From positions 1 to 64,000 of the forward strand of contig ML978145.1 in assembly GCA_010015805.1 (NCBI GenBank): DNA of 64,000 nucleotides, read 5' to 3'. Positions 50,996-62,923 of this stretch are shown one piece after another (the first letter of the stretch is position 1; every line of letters begins with the position of its first letter). The translations under genes and the position numbers were made by a program. This DNA comes from Rhizodiscina lignyota (lineage: Eukaryota). Under the pieces are notes generated by a model, which saw nothing but the letters and a program-made list of their open reading frames with translations, made no database searches and was not told the origin of the DNA.

Positions 50996-52560
50996 ATGTT
51001 AAGCCTCGTTGGATTTGTCGCAGTCGGAGTTGGCCTTTTCCTTTTGGCTCAGTATACCTATTCGAGCTGGCGCCAACCCCAGCTCCTGGACCACATCCCA
51101 ACTCATACGTTCGCGGACGGCAACAACTCTCGCCAACGGTATCTCACAGACCTCAAAACGTTGCTTGAGTCTGGCTACCGAAAGTACAGTGGTGCATGGT
51201 CGACCATTCAAAGTCTCCATTCCCGTCGGAGGGTACTCTGTGAAATACCGGATCATCCTGCCGAAAGACTACCTCGAAGAGATCAAACATCTCTCGAACA
51301 ACGACTTTAGCTGGCAACTGGCATCTCGAATCATCTTTGCCGGGGACTACACTGGAGCTCCAGAGCGAGGCCCTTGGTCCGGCAAAGCTCTGCGCGTTGG
51401 TATTCACCAGAACCTTGGAGACATTAACAAAGTGCTGGAGAAGCGGATCGATGATTATTTCGCGACACATCTTCCTCAGAAAGCTGGCGAGCTGCCATCC
51501 GAGCATTTGATGTCGTTCTTTGTTCCTGCGATCGCATATGTTATCAATGCCATCCTTGTTGGCCCAAAACTGGCGTCCGATCCAGAGTGGGTGCGGCGAA
51601 CTTCTGAGTTTGCAGTGGATCGCTACATTGCCGCAGATGATGTACGACGATGGCCGCCATACTTGGCTAGTGTTGCTGCACCGTTCATTCCAAGTGTACG
51701 CAGATTACGTGACAGCAGGGCCTATGTATTAGAGAAGTTGAGACCGATGTATGAAGAGTTGAGGGCAAGACCCGACAGTGAGAAGCGCCAAATGCGGAAG
51801 GGTAGCTATGGGTTCGAATGGCTGTTTGGCGGAGCTCCAGAAGATGTCAGTCTCCAAGACTTTGCAGACACAATGATGCGCACAATCATTGCGTCTATTC
51901 ACACATCGGGAAAGACAATTAGCGTGGCCTTCATTGACCTTTTGACGCACCCAAAGTTATTGAAAGAGCTGCAAGATGAAGTACAATATGCGGCAGTAGA
52001 TGAATCGATCGATTTGGACAAGCTCGTAAACTTGGATCGTTTCCTTAAGGAGAGCCAGAGGCTGTCACCAGTTTTTCTCAGTGAGTAAAACACGTCTACA
52101 TTGATCGAATCGAACTAACGGTTGGACAGTAACGATGAACCGAGTCTTCACGCGAGACTACATCTTCAAGTGCAGCGGCGTAAAATTCCCTAAAGGCTCA
52201 ATGACAAGTGCAGCAGCCGCTGCTGTCGCCACAGATCCTGGAGTCTTCACAGATCCGAACACCTTTGATGGATACCGCTATCGGCGTCTCCGTGAAGAGA
52301 ACAAGGAGTCTGAGAGCTCCTTAGTGATGGGAATGCCGACAATGGACTCGCTTGGATTCGGGCTTGGAAATCAGGCATGTCCGGGAAGATTCATGGCTGT
52401 GAACAATCTGAAATTCATGATGTCGAAGCTATTGAGAGGCTGGGATTTAACGCTGGAGAAGAACGGTCAGCAATATCTTGGGCCGAGGCCGGAGATGCAG
52501 TACAACGATTTCTCAGTTGTAGCTCCGGCGGAATTTAGTATGAGGCTGCGAAAGTTGTGA
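50996..52560 (+). pseudogene. Cytochrome P450 (ent-kaurene oxidase-like clan) with +1 frameshift
   Basis: TM N-terminus, ASIHTS, KESQR, FDGYRY, heme FGLGNQACPG; frame shifts at about 51191 (TAC AGT G GTG CAT); intron 52082-52129. Confidence 0.75.
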
Positions 52561-53025
52561 AGAGAAGCGGCAACTGCTGAGTATCCAGGCCCTGCTTATG
52601 AGCATTGCATATCTGAAAGAGTCTGGCATGGGAAATAGAATGTGAGCCAACTTGTAGATCTTATCGTAGCACGTAAGTGCCCTTTAAAGCATTCTTCAAT
52701 CTGGCGGTACAGAAGAAACACATGAGGTTGTAGTGACACTGTAATATGAGATACAGACGATGCTTTGGAGTCGGATCTCCGGTGGAATTGAGTCACGTGC
52801 AACCCCAGCTTCTCACCCCAAAAAAGGAAAAGTTCCATATTGCCGGAGATCGCAGTTCTCCCCGCGTGATGGAAGTAGATGAACCGCGGCTGCTTTGGCA
52901 AGCACCACACACCCGCGCTATGTCCGGCCATTCACCGAAAGCCAAGGCTAGCTCTAGCTTCCAAATACCTTCAATTGAACCCCCTTAGACCTCAGTAGAG
53001 CCGTTGCGGCAGTCCCTAACCCACA

Positions 53026-54585
53026 ATGTCCATACGCATAGCGCCCACCAGGGCAGCACGCGCTCTCAACCTCCTCCGCACGATACAAGCTCATCCCCCG
53101 CAATGTCCATGCCACTCCAACCCAGCCGAGCACGCACATAACCACATCCATCCTCATGGCATGAAGAACCATGTCCGGCGTCTGGCGACTCCGATCGACA
53201 CCTCGCAGCAGAAGGAGTATGCGTTCGAGATGGCGGCGTCGTCGATCCGCTTCGGACGCGGGGTGACGCAGGAGGTGGGCATGGATGTGAAGAACATGGG
53301 CGGGACGCGGGTGATGGTGGTGACGGACAAGACAGTGAGCAAGCTGGACGCGATGAAGCAGGTGCAAGAGGCCTTGGGCAGGGAGGGCGTCGAGTTTAGG
53401 GTGTATGATGGGGTGAGGGTGGAGCCAAAGGACAGCAGTGTCAAGGACGCGATTGAGTTTGCGAAGCCGTACAATCCAGATATGTTCGTGGCTGTTGGAG
53501 GAGGGAGCGTGATCGATACGGCCAAGCTGATGAACCTGTATACCTCGTTTCCTGGTGCGTGACTGGAACTACCCCCGAGCGCTCGAGGTTCGGCTATGTG
53601 CTTTACGAGATAGGACTGACAAACGACTGCAGAAGCTGATTTCCTCGACTTTGTCAATGCTCCATTGGGCAAAGGCTTACCAATAACGCACAAGCTGAAG
53701 CCTCTCATCGCCATCCCGACCACTGCAGGCACTGGCTCTGAAACTACCGGCACTGCAATCTTCGATCTTGTTTCAAAGCGCGCAAAGACGGGTATTGCCC
53801 ACCGCAATCTCAAGCCAACGCTCGGCATAGTCGATCCCATCAACACGCGCACGATGCCATCTCAGGTGCATTCCAGTTCCGGTCTGGATGTGCTGTGCCA
53901 CTCGCTCGAGTCCTGGACGGCGATTCCTTACACAGAGAGAGTTCCGCGTCCCGATAATCCCATCAAACGACCAGCATACCAGGGTGCGAATCCGATCAGC
54001 GATATCTTCAGTCTGCAGGCCTTAAAAAGTACGGTCAAGTATCTGCCACGAGCAGTGAAAGATCCCGATGACCATGAGGCACAGGAGCAGATGTTGCTAG
54101 CTGCCACGCTTGCCGGTGTTGGGTTTGGAAATGCGGGTGTGCATTTATGCCACGGAATGTCTTATCCAATCTCCGGTCAGAACCCAGGATACAAGCACGC
54201 AGGCTACGAAGTGGACAGTCCCATCATTCCTCACGGCGTCTCTGTTGCGGTTACTGCTCCAGCAGTCTTCAGATTCACCGGACCTAGCAACCCAGAGCGG
54301 CATCTCGCAGCCGCAGAGTGCTTCGGCGTCGACACGAGCCGCGTCAAGGCCGAGAGCGCTGGTGAGGTGCTTAGCGAGGCATTATCGGAATTTTTGGTGA
54401 AGCTTGGAGACCAGCCTCGGGGTTTGAAGCCATTAGGCTTTCAGAAGAGCCACATCAACGACTTGGTCGAAGGAACCATTCCACAGGCCAGGGTTCTGAT
54501 GCTCGCGCCATCGCTGGACATTAGGAATTTGGATGTTGAGCGGGAGCAGTTGACTCAGTTGTTTGAGGAAGCCCTGGAGTATTGA
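53026..54585 (+). CDS. ADHFE1: Mitochondrial hydroxyacid-oxoacid transhydrogenase (Fe-ADH family)
   Basis: CPCHS, EYAFEMAASSIRFG, GGGSVIDTAK, PTTAGTGSETTG, HLCHGMSYPI; one intron about 53555-53631. Confidence 0.92.
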
Positions 54586-54760
54586 TCTGATTCCGGATTT
54601 GGTTCTACCAAATTGTAAATATGTCTGGCATATGAAAGGGTGACAGCGGGTTGATGGACTTACAAAACTGCGAAGGTATCGAGCGCGTGGCTGCTTCGAT
54701 GTATCAATATCTCGTTTGCCCGAAATAGTCGAAGCACAAGTAATGCCAGTGATGCAAAGA

Positions 54761-55906
54761 TCATCCACTCCGTTTTTCGTTCTGGCCCTTCGTTTTGCCA
54801 TAAGCACCCCCGGCAAGCTTTCTCATTTCCAAGGCTCTCTTGTATGGTGGTGCTGTCGGTGGCTGTACTGGGTCTAGACTCTTGTAATCCTTTGGGAGAT
54901 GGTACGTAGCATCAGAATCATACGACGACAAATCTCCACAAGCAAGGAATGGAGCTATCCAACGGGGATCGACATCTTCTTCACCTTCACTGTCGTCGCC
55001 AAAATCGAGCTCCGTGATGCCATCTGCCCTCACAGTCATGCTCGGCTGGTCCTTTTCACCCATATGCGGTGAATCCATGGGAAGTTTTGCTCCAGCTCCG
55101 AGTGCATTATCTAAACTCGCATGGAAATCCTTTGGCGGCTTAAACCCCTGGCACACAATGAATGCCTCGATACTACTCGCTCTCGAACTTCTCGGTTTCG
55201 CAATCGTGACTTTTTCGAACACCGTGCCAAATTGCGCATACAGCAGATCGACATCCCGTCCACGAAATATCTTCGCGACGAACTTGCCGCCAGGTTTGAG
55301 TACGCACAGCGCGAGATTCAGCGCGGCCCAGAGGAGCTGTGATTGCACGTAAATGTCCAGATCATGCAGGCCGGTCACATCTGGTGCGCCGTCGGAGATG
55401 ATGAGATCGATAGGATGAGAAGCAATCGTTGCGGACGGATCGAATGTCTCTGGATCGAGAGCTTTGAGAAGCAATGGAACAGTTGATGGGTGTGTGATAT
55501 CTGCTTGTAGCATCGTGATACCTTCGAGTGGACTCATCGGCTGCAAATCAACAGCGACAATCTTGACATTTTCCCTTGGATTTCTCTGCTCTTGCATATT
55601 TGCATTTTCTTCTGCTCCACTCTTCTCGTCCAGTTCCGGCTTGAGCCCCAAAATCTTCATCCGATCTTTCGCCTGCTGATCCACCCATGCGGCTCTCCCG
55701 AATCTCTCGCCCTTGATCAAGACGCGCGATAGTACTTGACTCCAGCTTCCCGGTGCGGCGCAGAGATCCACAACTCGCGTGACGTTTTCGAACAGATTGA
55801 ACTCTTCGTCGAGTTGGAGGAGTTTGAAAGCGCTGCGGGCGCGCCAGCCTTGTTCTTTTGCAAGACGGTAGTACGCATCGCGTTTATCTTTGGAAGATTT
55901 TCCCAT
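54761..55906 (-). CDS. TRM7: tRNA C32/G34 2'-O-methyltransferase (FtsJ family)
   Basis: [59 protein letters not shown]. Confidence 0.95.
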   Translation of the reverse strand: MGKSSKDKRDAYYRLAKEQGWRARSAFKLLQLDEEFNLFENVTRVVDLCAAPGSWSQVLSRVLIKGERFGRAAWVDQQAKDRMKILGLKPELDEKSGAEENANMQEQRNPRENVKIVAVDLQPMSPLEGITMLQADITHPSTVPLLLKALDPETFDPSATIASHPIDLIISDGAPDVTGLHDLDIYVQSQLLWAALNLALCVLKPGGKFVAKIFRGRDVDLLYAQFGTVFEKVTIAKPRSSRASSIEAFIVCQGFKPPKDFHASLDNALGAGAKLPMDSPHMGEKDQPSMTVRADGITELDFGDDSEGEEDVDPRWIAPFLACGDLSSYDSDATYHLPKDYKSLDPVQPPTAPPYKRALEMRKLAGGAYGKTKGQNEKRSG

Positions 55907-56121
55907 TGCGAAGTCACTATGTCTGGCTTCCTTTTGAAGGGGAAGAGGTTGTGCAAGTGGTAGATTTTGATGAGTGATGACAGATTAGATTAGATTGCGT
56001 AGATCGGAGTTCGCGAGTCAGATTTTTACAGCATCTGAACTTTTCTGTGTCATGCAGTTTTGAATTTTCCACTACATATTTCACGACGAGCATCTTAACC
56101 AGATACTTTTTCTTTTCAACT
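55907..56121. promoter_or_regulatory. Compact bidirectional promoter of two RNA-processing genes
   Basis: 215 bp between divergent ATGs; PAC-core GATGAG near 55969 and RRPE-like TGAATTTT near 56061. Confidence 0.45.
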
Positions 56122-58380
56122 ATGGCGCCGACTTCCAAGAAGCGTAAATTCTCCCGCGATAAATCAACCCCTCCAACGAATGCCAAGCGCCAAAAGAAAC
56201 ACACCAATGGCACCGCTCCCACCTCGAAGCAGAGGCGCAATGCCCGCGTAGAAGACCTGGCCTGGAGAGAAATCACCATCCCAGGAGATTTAGACGACTA
56301 TGAGGGCATATATGGGCTTGAAGAGGTGGATGACGTAGAGGTGGTTCGTGATCCCGGAACGAATATTGTGTCGTATCGCACCACGGGCGAGGTGGAGGAG
56401 AATGAAACGAGTACAACACACTTTGGCCATGGAAGGCAAGATGAGGAGGAGGGTGATGCAGAGGAGTGGAATGGTTTCAGCTCTGAGAATGATACAAAAG
56501 GTGGTGCTATGGATGTGGATGAGAAGGACGGCGCGGATGAGTGGGAAACAGAGGAAGATACAGACGAGTTGGAGCAGTCCGAGAGGCCCCAGAAGGACGA
56601 CAGACTGCAAGGACTGGGAGAAATACCATTTGCAGGCCTGGAGGAGGAAAACCTGGATGATGAGGATGGGATAGACCTCAGTGCATGGTCTAACCTTGAA
56701 CTGTCTCCGGAGACGTTGTCCTCGCTCTCAAAACTCAAGTTTGCGACACCTACGCCCATACAATCGGCTGCGATACCAGAGATACTGGCCGGGCACGATG
56801 TGATTGGTAAAGCTTCTACAGGCTCTGGAAAGACTCTTGCATTCGGCATTTCGATTCTGGAACACTATTTGGCATCAAGCAACGCGCAAGCCAAATCAAG
56901 CCGTGAGAAGAATGCGAAGTCACCAGTGGCATTGATACTATCACCCACAAGAGAACTAGCACTTCAGATACGAGACCATCTAACCGCACTATGTTCACAA
57001 GGCCGGTTTGACGGGCCATCTATTGCTACACTCACGGGCGGCTTGTCCGTCCACAAGCAACAACGCCTCTTGTCGAACGCAGACATTGTGATTGGCACTC
57101 CCGGCAGATTGTGGGAGATCATGAGCAGCGGTCAAGGCATTATGGATCGTCTCAAGAAGATCGACTTCCTTGTGGTCGACGAGGCAGATCGTCTTCTGAG
57201 TCAAGGCCATTTCAAGGAGTTGGAGGAGATTCTCACAGCCCTCGACAGGGAGGAAGATCCTGAAAATGGCGACAAGAAATATATAAAGCAAGCTGCAAAG
57301 AGAAACCGCCAGACCCTCGTATTCTCTGCAACATTCCACAAGGGCCTGCAGCAGAAACTCGCAGGAAAGAGCAAATACACCGGCGATCTCATGGACCAAA
57401 AAGAATCAATGGAATACCTCCTCAAAAAACTCAATTTCCGCTCCTCAAAGCCAAAATTCATCGACGTCAATCCAGTCTCCCAAATGGCAACGGGTCTGCG
57501 AGAAGGCATCCTTGAATGCGCCGGCACAGAGAAGGATCTCTTCCTCTATACACTACTCATCATGCATCCTCAGACACACACCTTGATCTTCACGAACTCC
57601 ATCTCAGCAGTCCGTCGTCTCACTCCTCTACTGGCGAACCTCGACCTGCCAGCGCTGCCGCTGCACTCGCAAATGCCACAGAAAGCCCGCCTCCGCTCTA
57701 TCGAGCGCTTCACCGCATCCAAGAGCAGCATACTCGTGGCCACCGATGTCGCTGCGCGTGGGTTGGATATCCCCGGAGTTGAGCTAGTACTGCACTACCA
57801 CGTACCTCGAGCAGCAGACGCATATGTGCATCGCTCTGGCCGCACTGCGCGCGCAGGATTACAGGGGAGCAGCGTGCTACTCTGCTCACCAGAGGAGGTG
57901 AACGGAGTGAGGAGGCTAGTCGCAAAGATCCACGCCGGTCAGTCTTCTGCTGGCCGCAGTCTAACGTCGTTAGACGCAGATCATCGTGTGGTAGCGAGAC
58001 TCAAACCGCGCGTACATCTCGCAAAACGCATCGCGGACGTCGCCCTGGCGAAAGAGAAGAAGAGTTCTGGCGACGCATGGATGCGGCAAGCGGCGGAGGA
58101 TCTCGGCGTCAACTACGATAGCGAGGAGATGGATGCAGCAGGCGGAGGGCAGAGGGGTAGAGGTGGAGGGAGGAAGAAGAAGGAAAGGGCGGATAGGGAG
58201 GTGACTCGGGATGAGGTTAGGGCGCTGAGGGCAGAGTTGAGAGAGTTGCTGGCGAAGAGGGTGAATGTGGGTGTTAGTGAGCGATATTTGACGGGTGGAG
58301 GGGTGGATGTTGACGCGTTGCTTAGGGGTGAGAGGGGAGAGTTCTTGGGAGGGGTGGCGCCGTTGGGGTTTGATGTATAG
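56122..58380 (+). CDS. MAK5: DEAD-box RNA helicase Mak5
   Basis: PTPIQ, ASTGSGKT, PTRELA, DEAD, SAT, HRSGRTAR; TLTGGLSVHKQQR and GHFKE typical of Mak5/DDX24. Confidence 0.92.
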   Translation: MAPTSKKRKFSRDKSTPPTNAKRQKKHTNGTAPTSKQRRNARVEDLAWREITIPGDLDDYEGIYGLEEVDDVEVVRDPGTNIVSYRTTGEVEENETSTTHFGHGRQDEEEGDAEEWNGFSSENDTKGGAMDVDEKDGADEWETEEDTDELEQSERPQKDDRLQGLGEIPFAGLEEENLDDEDGIDLSAWSNLELSPETLSSLSKLKFATPTPIQSAAIPEILAGHDVIGKASTGSGKTLAFGISILEHYLASSNAQAKSSREKNAKSPVALILSPTRELALQIRDHLTALCSQGRFDGPSIATLTGGLSVHKQQRLLSNADIVIGTPGRLWEIMSSGQGIMDRLKKIDFLVVDEADRLLSQGHFKELEEILTALDREEDPENGDKKYIKQAAKRNRQTLVFSATFHKGLQQKLAGKSKYTGDLMDQKESMEYLLKKLNFRSSKPKFIDVNPVSQMATGLREGILECAGTEKDLFLYTLLIMHPQTHTLIFTNSISAVRRLTPLLANLDLPALPLHSQMPQKARLRSIERFTASKSSILVATDVAARGLDIPGVELVLHYHVPRAADAYVHRSGRTARAGLQGSSVLLCSPEEVNGVRRLVAKIHAGQSSAGRSLTSLDADHRVVARLKPRVHLAKRIADVALAKEKKSSGDAWMRQAAEDLGVNYDSEEMDAAGGGQRGRGGGRKKKERADREVTRDEVRALRAELRELLAKRVNVGVSERYLTGGGVDVDALLRGERGEFLGGVAPLGFDV

Positions 58381-58787
58381 AGACGTGTGCATATGAAATG
58401 TGAAAGATGGGGAACGTAGACTGATGATGGGGTTTGGATGGGTGGATGTGATCCGGTCTTACTGAGACGAAAGGAAGTGGAGCTTCGGTATTCGCAGGCT
58501 CATCTCGGCACATGCTGAAGGATGAAGGTCGAGAAGCAAGATTCCGATTCCATTTTTGGCCAATACGATATTCCTTTCCCTCCGCTGCGAAAGTGCTGAG
58601 CAGTGATGAAGAAGTGCTGAACAAGACGTCGCGTAAGTATCGGAGCAAAGTCCCAACAACCTCTCAGAGTGAGGTATATATGCTCGTTTCATCTTCGACT
58701 CCGGGACCGCCGAAGGTTCATAGCTCAACGTTGTCTTGAAGCCCTGAATCAGCGTCGACTTCGGCCCTCCGGATCTCATCTTGAATT

Positions 58788-58800
58788 CGGGCCAAACCGG
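58788..58800 (+). promoter_or_regulatory. CGG-N7-CGG candidate AcuK/AcuM (AOD2/AOD5) site upstream of PEPCK
   Basis: CGG GCCAAAC CGG about 1.26 kb upstream of the PCK1 ATG. Confidence 0.35.
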
Positions 58801-60061
58801 CCAACTTGCACTGCCTCAGACAAGCAAACATGCACAGTAAATAATAAAGTGGACCCTGGCGCCCTAATAGACAGATTAAGAAATCCAGAAGCACGGGAGA
58901 TCAGCAATCGTCGTGGCGGAGTGCCACGTTCCGTGGTGCAGTTGAGGGAAAGACTCAGGAACCCTGACGACACGTTCTCGCGACGTAGATGGCGCTGAGA
59001 TAGGAAACGCGGAGAGTAGAAGGAAGACAGATGATTCGCCTGCTACGCTCGCTGGAAAGTGAATTGTGCTCGTGGGCGGAAGTAGTTATCCTGTATACGC
59101 GACGATATCATCCCGACAGTCGCGCGGCTGCTTGAAGAGACGGAATTCTTTTGCGCTCTTCTCTTTTCTGCTGTGCCTGTTTCTTCCGCGCCGCAGACTG
59201 CTGTTGAAGATTTGCCTCACGCCGTGCATACATACGAACCTTACGCATAACGTCGGATGTCTCACCAAGAGCCTCGTCATCGGCACGCCGCGCGATTGTC
59301 GTTGGACGTGTTCTAGGCCCGAAGTACCTGTGTAGCTGAGCGTGACTTCACGCGACATTCAGCTTGCCATACGACGAGGCCTTGCCACGATTGGCAGCGA
59401 TGGGGGCAGCTGCAGCAAGAGATGAACCTTTCAGGGCGGTCGGAGCAAGCAGGCCTCCACTGTCTGCGGCGCAATTATGTCATTGCCCAACGAACGAAGC
59501 GATTGGGCCGACAGGCATGGAGACATGGAGGCATAGAGCGGAGAGGCAGTCGTCTGGAGGGCGGACGGTGGCACGCGTCGTGATGGTGATGAAAGACGGC
59601 GGGCGGCAGCGAATGGCAGCTGGGCATTATGTGATTTTGAAGCAATTCACCTGCTTCTGGACTGCGGAGAACCTGGGGGACGTGTGCTATGTCGCTCGTG
59701 ATCTCCAGCCCCCGCCTGCTGCTGCTTTTGGGCGTGATGTCCCGTGCTTTTTGCAACAACATCGTCATAGCAGTCTCTTCCGATATTATCATCGTATCCT
59801 TTTCGCCGCCGTGCTCAGTGCTCAACATAAAAGGGCGTGCCTTGCCTGCTCAAAAACACACTGGCCATAGCCATTCCCACTCGTCTGTCTGTGCTCTGCC
59901 CTGCCCGACGTCTGTCACTGCTGAGCCGTGCTTCTCCGATCCTACATCGCCCGAAAACTGCACACGGAAGCGCCCCTCGGCTGCCAATCACCGCTGCAGA
60001 GCGAATCTGGGGTCAGGACTATCCAAGAGCGTTGCTGAGCATTCTTCCGAGCGCCTCAGAT

Positions 60062-61189
60062 ATGGCCGGTATTAAAGGAGATGCGTTTCCTGCGCCTGTC
60101 AGGACTGCTTCTCCCGGCCCACTCCAAGAAGACTTTGCCCGCCAGCAGATCTCCAAACAGCAGAGATCCAACTTCCATTCCTCGTCCCTCACTACCTCCC
60201 TTTCCGCCATGAATATCAACAGCGTCAACAAGACTGCTCTGCACCCGGGCGGCGTCGCGTACGTATACCGAGCTACATTCACATGATACCATACATCGGG
60301 CACGAACACTAACCGCAACACCCTGCAGGCCCCAGGTCGAGCATACTGAACTGGAAGAGGAGCTTCACGAGCGCGCACACATTGACTATGACCGCGTTGC
60401 AATTGTACGGCCCATTATGCCAGCCCTACGTCACAAGCTAATCGGCACCGAACAGGTAGCAAACCCATCAGTAGCAGCCCTATACGAGGATGCCCTAGTC
60501 TACGAAACTGGCTCGGCCATCACGTCGACAGGTGCCATGTCGGCCTACTCTGGCGCAAAGACTGGTCGCTCACCATCCGACAAGCGTATCGTGAAGGAAG
60601 AGAGCTCAGAGAAGGACGTGTGGTGGGGGCCTGTGAACAAGCCGATGTCTCCAGATGTACGTTTTCTGATTGATGCTCACCTACCCTACCACCCCTGAGC
60701 TATCTAAGCTCTTCTATTTGCATTTGGGCCCTACCCCGCAGTGCTTCCTCCCCCGTAACCGCGGCAGACGTCACTGCACGCCTCTGCATTGCCGAGAGCT
60801 CGCATGTTTCGATGCGGCCTGCACAGAATCGTGCGTGCGTGCAGGCGGCCGGATCGAAGGGATTCGAGACTGCTGGCGGAAACTCCCCGCCTCGCATTTC
60901 CGGCCCATTCCCGGGTCACGTGGTGTCTTTGAGATTGAATTTCGCTGACTTTCCTCGTCTTCAGGTCTGGCGGATTAACAGAGAACGTGCGATTGACTAC
61001 CTGAACACGCGAAACCGCATCTACGTGATCGATGGCTACGCCGGTTGGGACGAGCGATACAGGATCCGTGTCCGGGTCGTCTGCGCCCGCGCGTACCATG
61101 CCCTCTTCATGCGAAACATGCTTATCCGGCCGTCGCGAGAAGAGCTCGCCGGCTTCCATCCCGACTATGTCATCTACAATGCCGGTGCC

Positions 61190-61221
<32 letters not shown>

Positions 61222-62363
61222 GTCGTCGACGTCGGTAGCCATCAACTTCTCCGAGAAGGAGATGGTCATTCTCGGCACGGAGTATGCGGGTGAGATGAAG
61301 AAGGGCATCTTTACCGTGCTCTTCTACGAGATGCCTGTTAAGCACAACGTGTTGACGCTGCACTCGTCCGCGAACGAGGGCAAGGAGGGTGATGTGACTG
61401 TGTTCTTCGGCCTGTCTGGTACTGGCAAGACGACTCTTTCTGCCGATCCCAAGCGTGCTCTGATTGGAGACGACGAGCACTGCTGGAGCGACAAGGGCGT
61501 CTTTAACATTGAAGGTGGCTGCTATGCCAAGTGCATTGGTCTGTCTGCCGAGAAGGAGCCAGATATCTTCGGCGCCATCCGATTCGGCTCCGTCTTGGAG
61601 AATGTCGTTTTCGATCCCGTTACGCGTGTGGTCGACTACGACGATTCCACCCTCACGGAGAACACGCGCTGCGCCTACCCAATCGAGTATATCGAGAACA
61701 CCAAGATCCCCTGCATCTCCTCCAGCCACCCGAAGAACATCATCCTCCTTACCTGCGACGCACGTGGTGTCCTCCCTCCCATCTCCAAGCTGAACTCTGA
61801 ACAGACCATGTTCCACTTCATCTCCGGCTATACCTCCAAGATGGCCGGCACCGAAGTCGGCGTCACAGAGCCACAAGCAACCTTCTCCTCCTGCTTCGCC
61901 CAACCCTTCCTTGCCCTGCACCCCATGCGCTACGCGAAGATGCTCGCAGACAAGATCTCCGAGCACAACGCCAACGCCTGGCTGCTCAACACCGGCTGGG
62001 TCGGTGCTGGTGCGGCAACCGGTGGAAAGCGCTGCCCGCTCAAGTACACCCGTGCCATCCTCGACGCCATCCACTCTGGCGAGCTCGCAGACGTCGAGTA
62101 CGAGACGTACGAGACATTCAACCTGAGCGTACCAAAGACCTGCCCTGGTGTGCCGGATGAGCTTCTCAACCCTGCCAAGTCATGGACTGGCACTGCCGAC
62201 TTTAAGGAGGAGGTCACCAAGCTTGGATCGCTCTTCTTGGACAACTTTAAGAAGTATGCGGATGAGGCGACGCCAGAGGTTGTCGCTGTAAGTTACTCCA
62301 TCCACCCATGAAGGACTGAATCGATTGCTAACTATAGCGCAGGCTGGTCCTCAAGTGAAATAG
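60062..62363 (+). CDS. PCK1: Phosphoenolpyruvate carboxykinase (ATP)
   Basis: [56 protein letters not shown]; 4 introns including one of about 309 nt. Confidence 0.97.
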
Positions 62364-62923
62364 ACTTTTCCTACGTTGTAGCATTTACAAAAGCCATTTG
62401 GAAAGAGGGAAGACGGTGAAGAAGATTGATGACGATGCTGTGAAGCTAATAAGCCTCATTGCAATATGCATGAGACGAAGATATGAGCGCGACGTGTGAA
62501 TGCAAGCCTGCCTTCATTCTTGCTGTAACTTACTGGATGGGAGCTTTTTTCGGGATATGGCAGGTTTGCTGTAACTGTACATAGCCGTTGGCGTAGGGCT
62601 GAGAATGAAAAAGACTGGAAATGAACGAGAATTAAACAATATTTACAGCGTGATATTGCAATTTCCCATTCACAAATGTGGTGGCCCAGATATAATTGAA
62701 AGTCGCTTCTGATTGGCCAGGATTCGTGAAGCCGCCGTACCACGCACCTCCGAACTGTGATGCTGCAAAACAATTTCCCCGCCAACAACGCGTCTTGCCT
62801 CTCCCCTTTCCTTCCAAACTCTTTTTCTCTCGCTGCCTTGAAGCGAGCCATGTATTCATCGCCAAGCCACTGCTCCAGGTCGGGAAAGCGAAAGCAATTC
62901 AGCCTTGACACCACCTGAGCACA

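Noticed and set aside
58381..60061. Several 65-170 aa ORFs between MAK5 and PCK1
   Set aside because: No motifs or codon bias; consistent with a long PCK1 promoter/5' UTR
60731..62074. 447-aa minus-strand ORF
   Set aside because: Antisense shadow of strongly codon-biased PCK1
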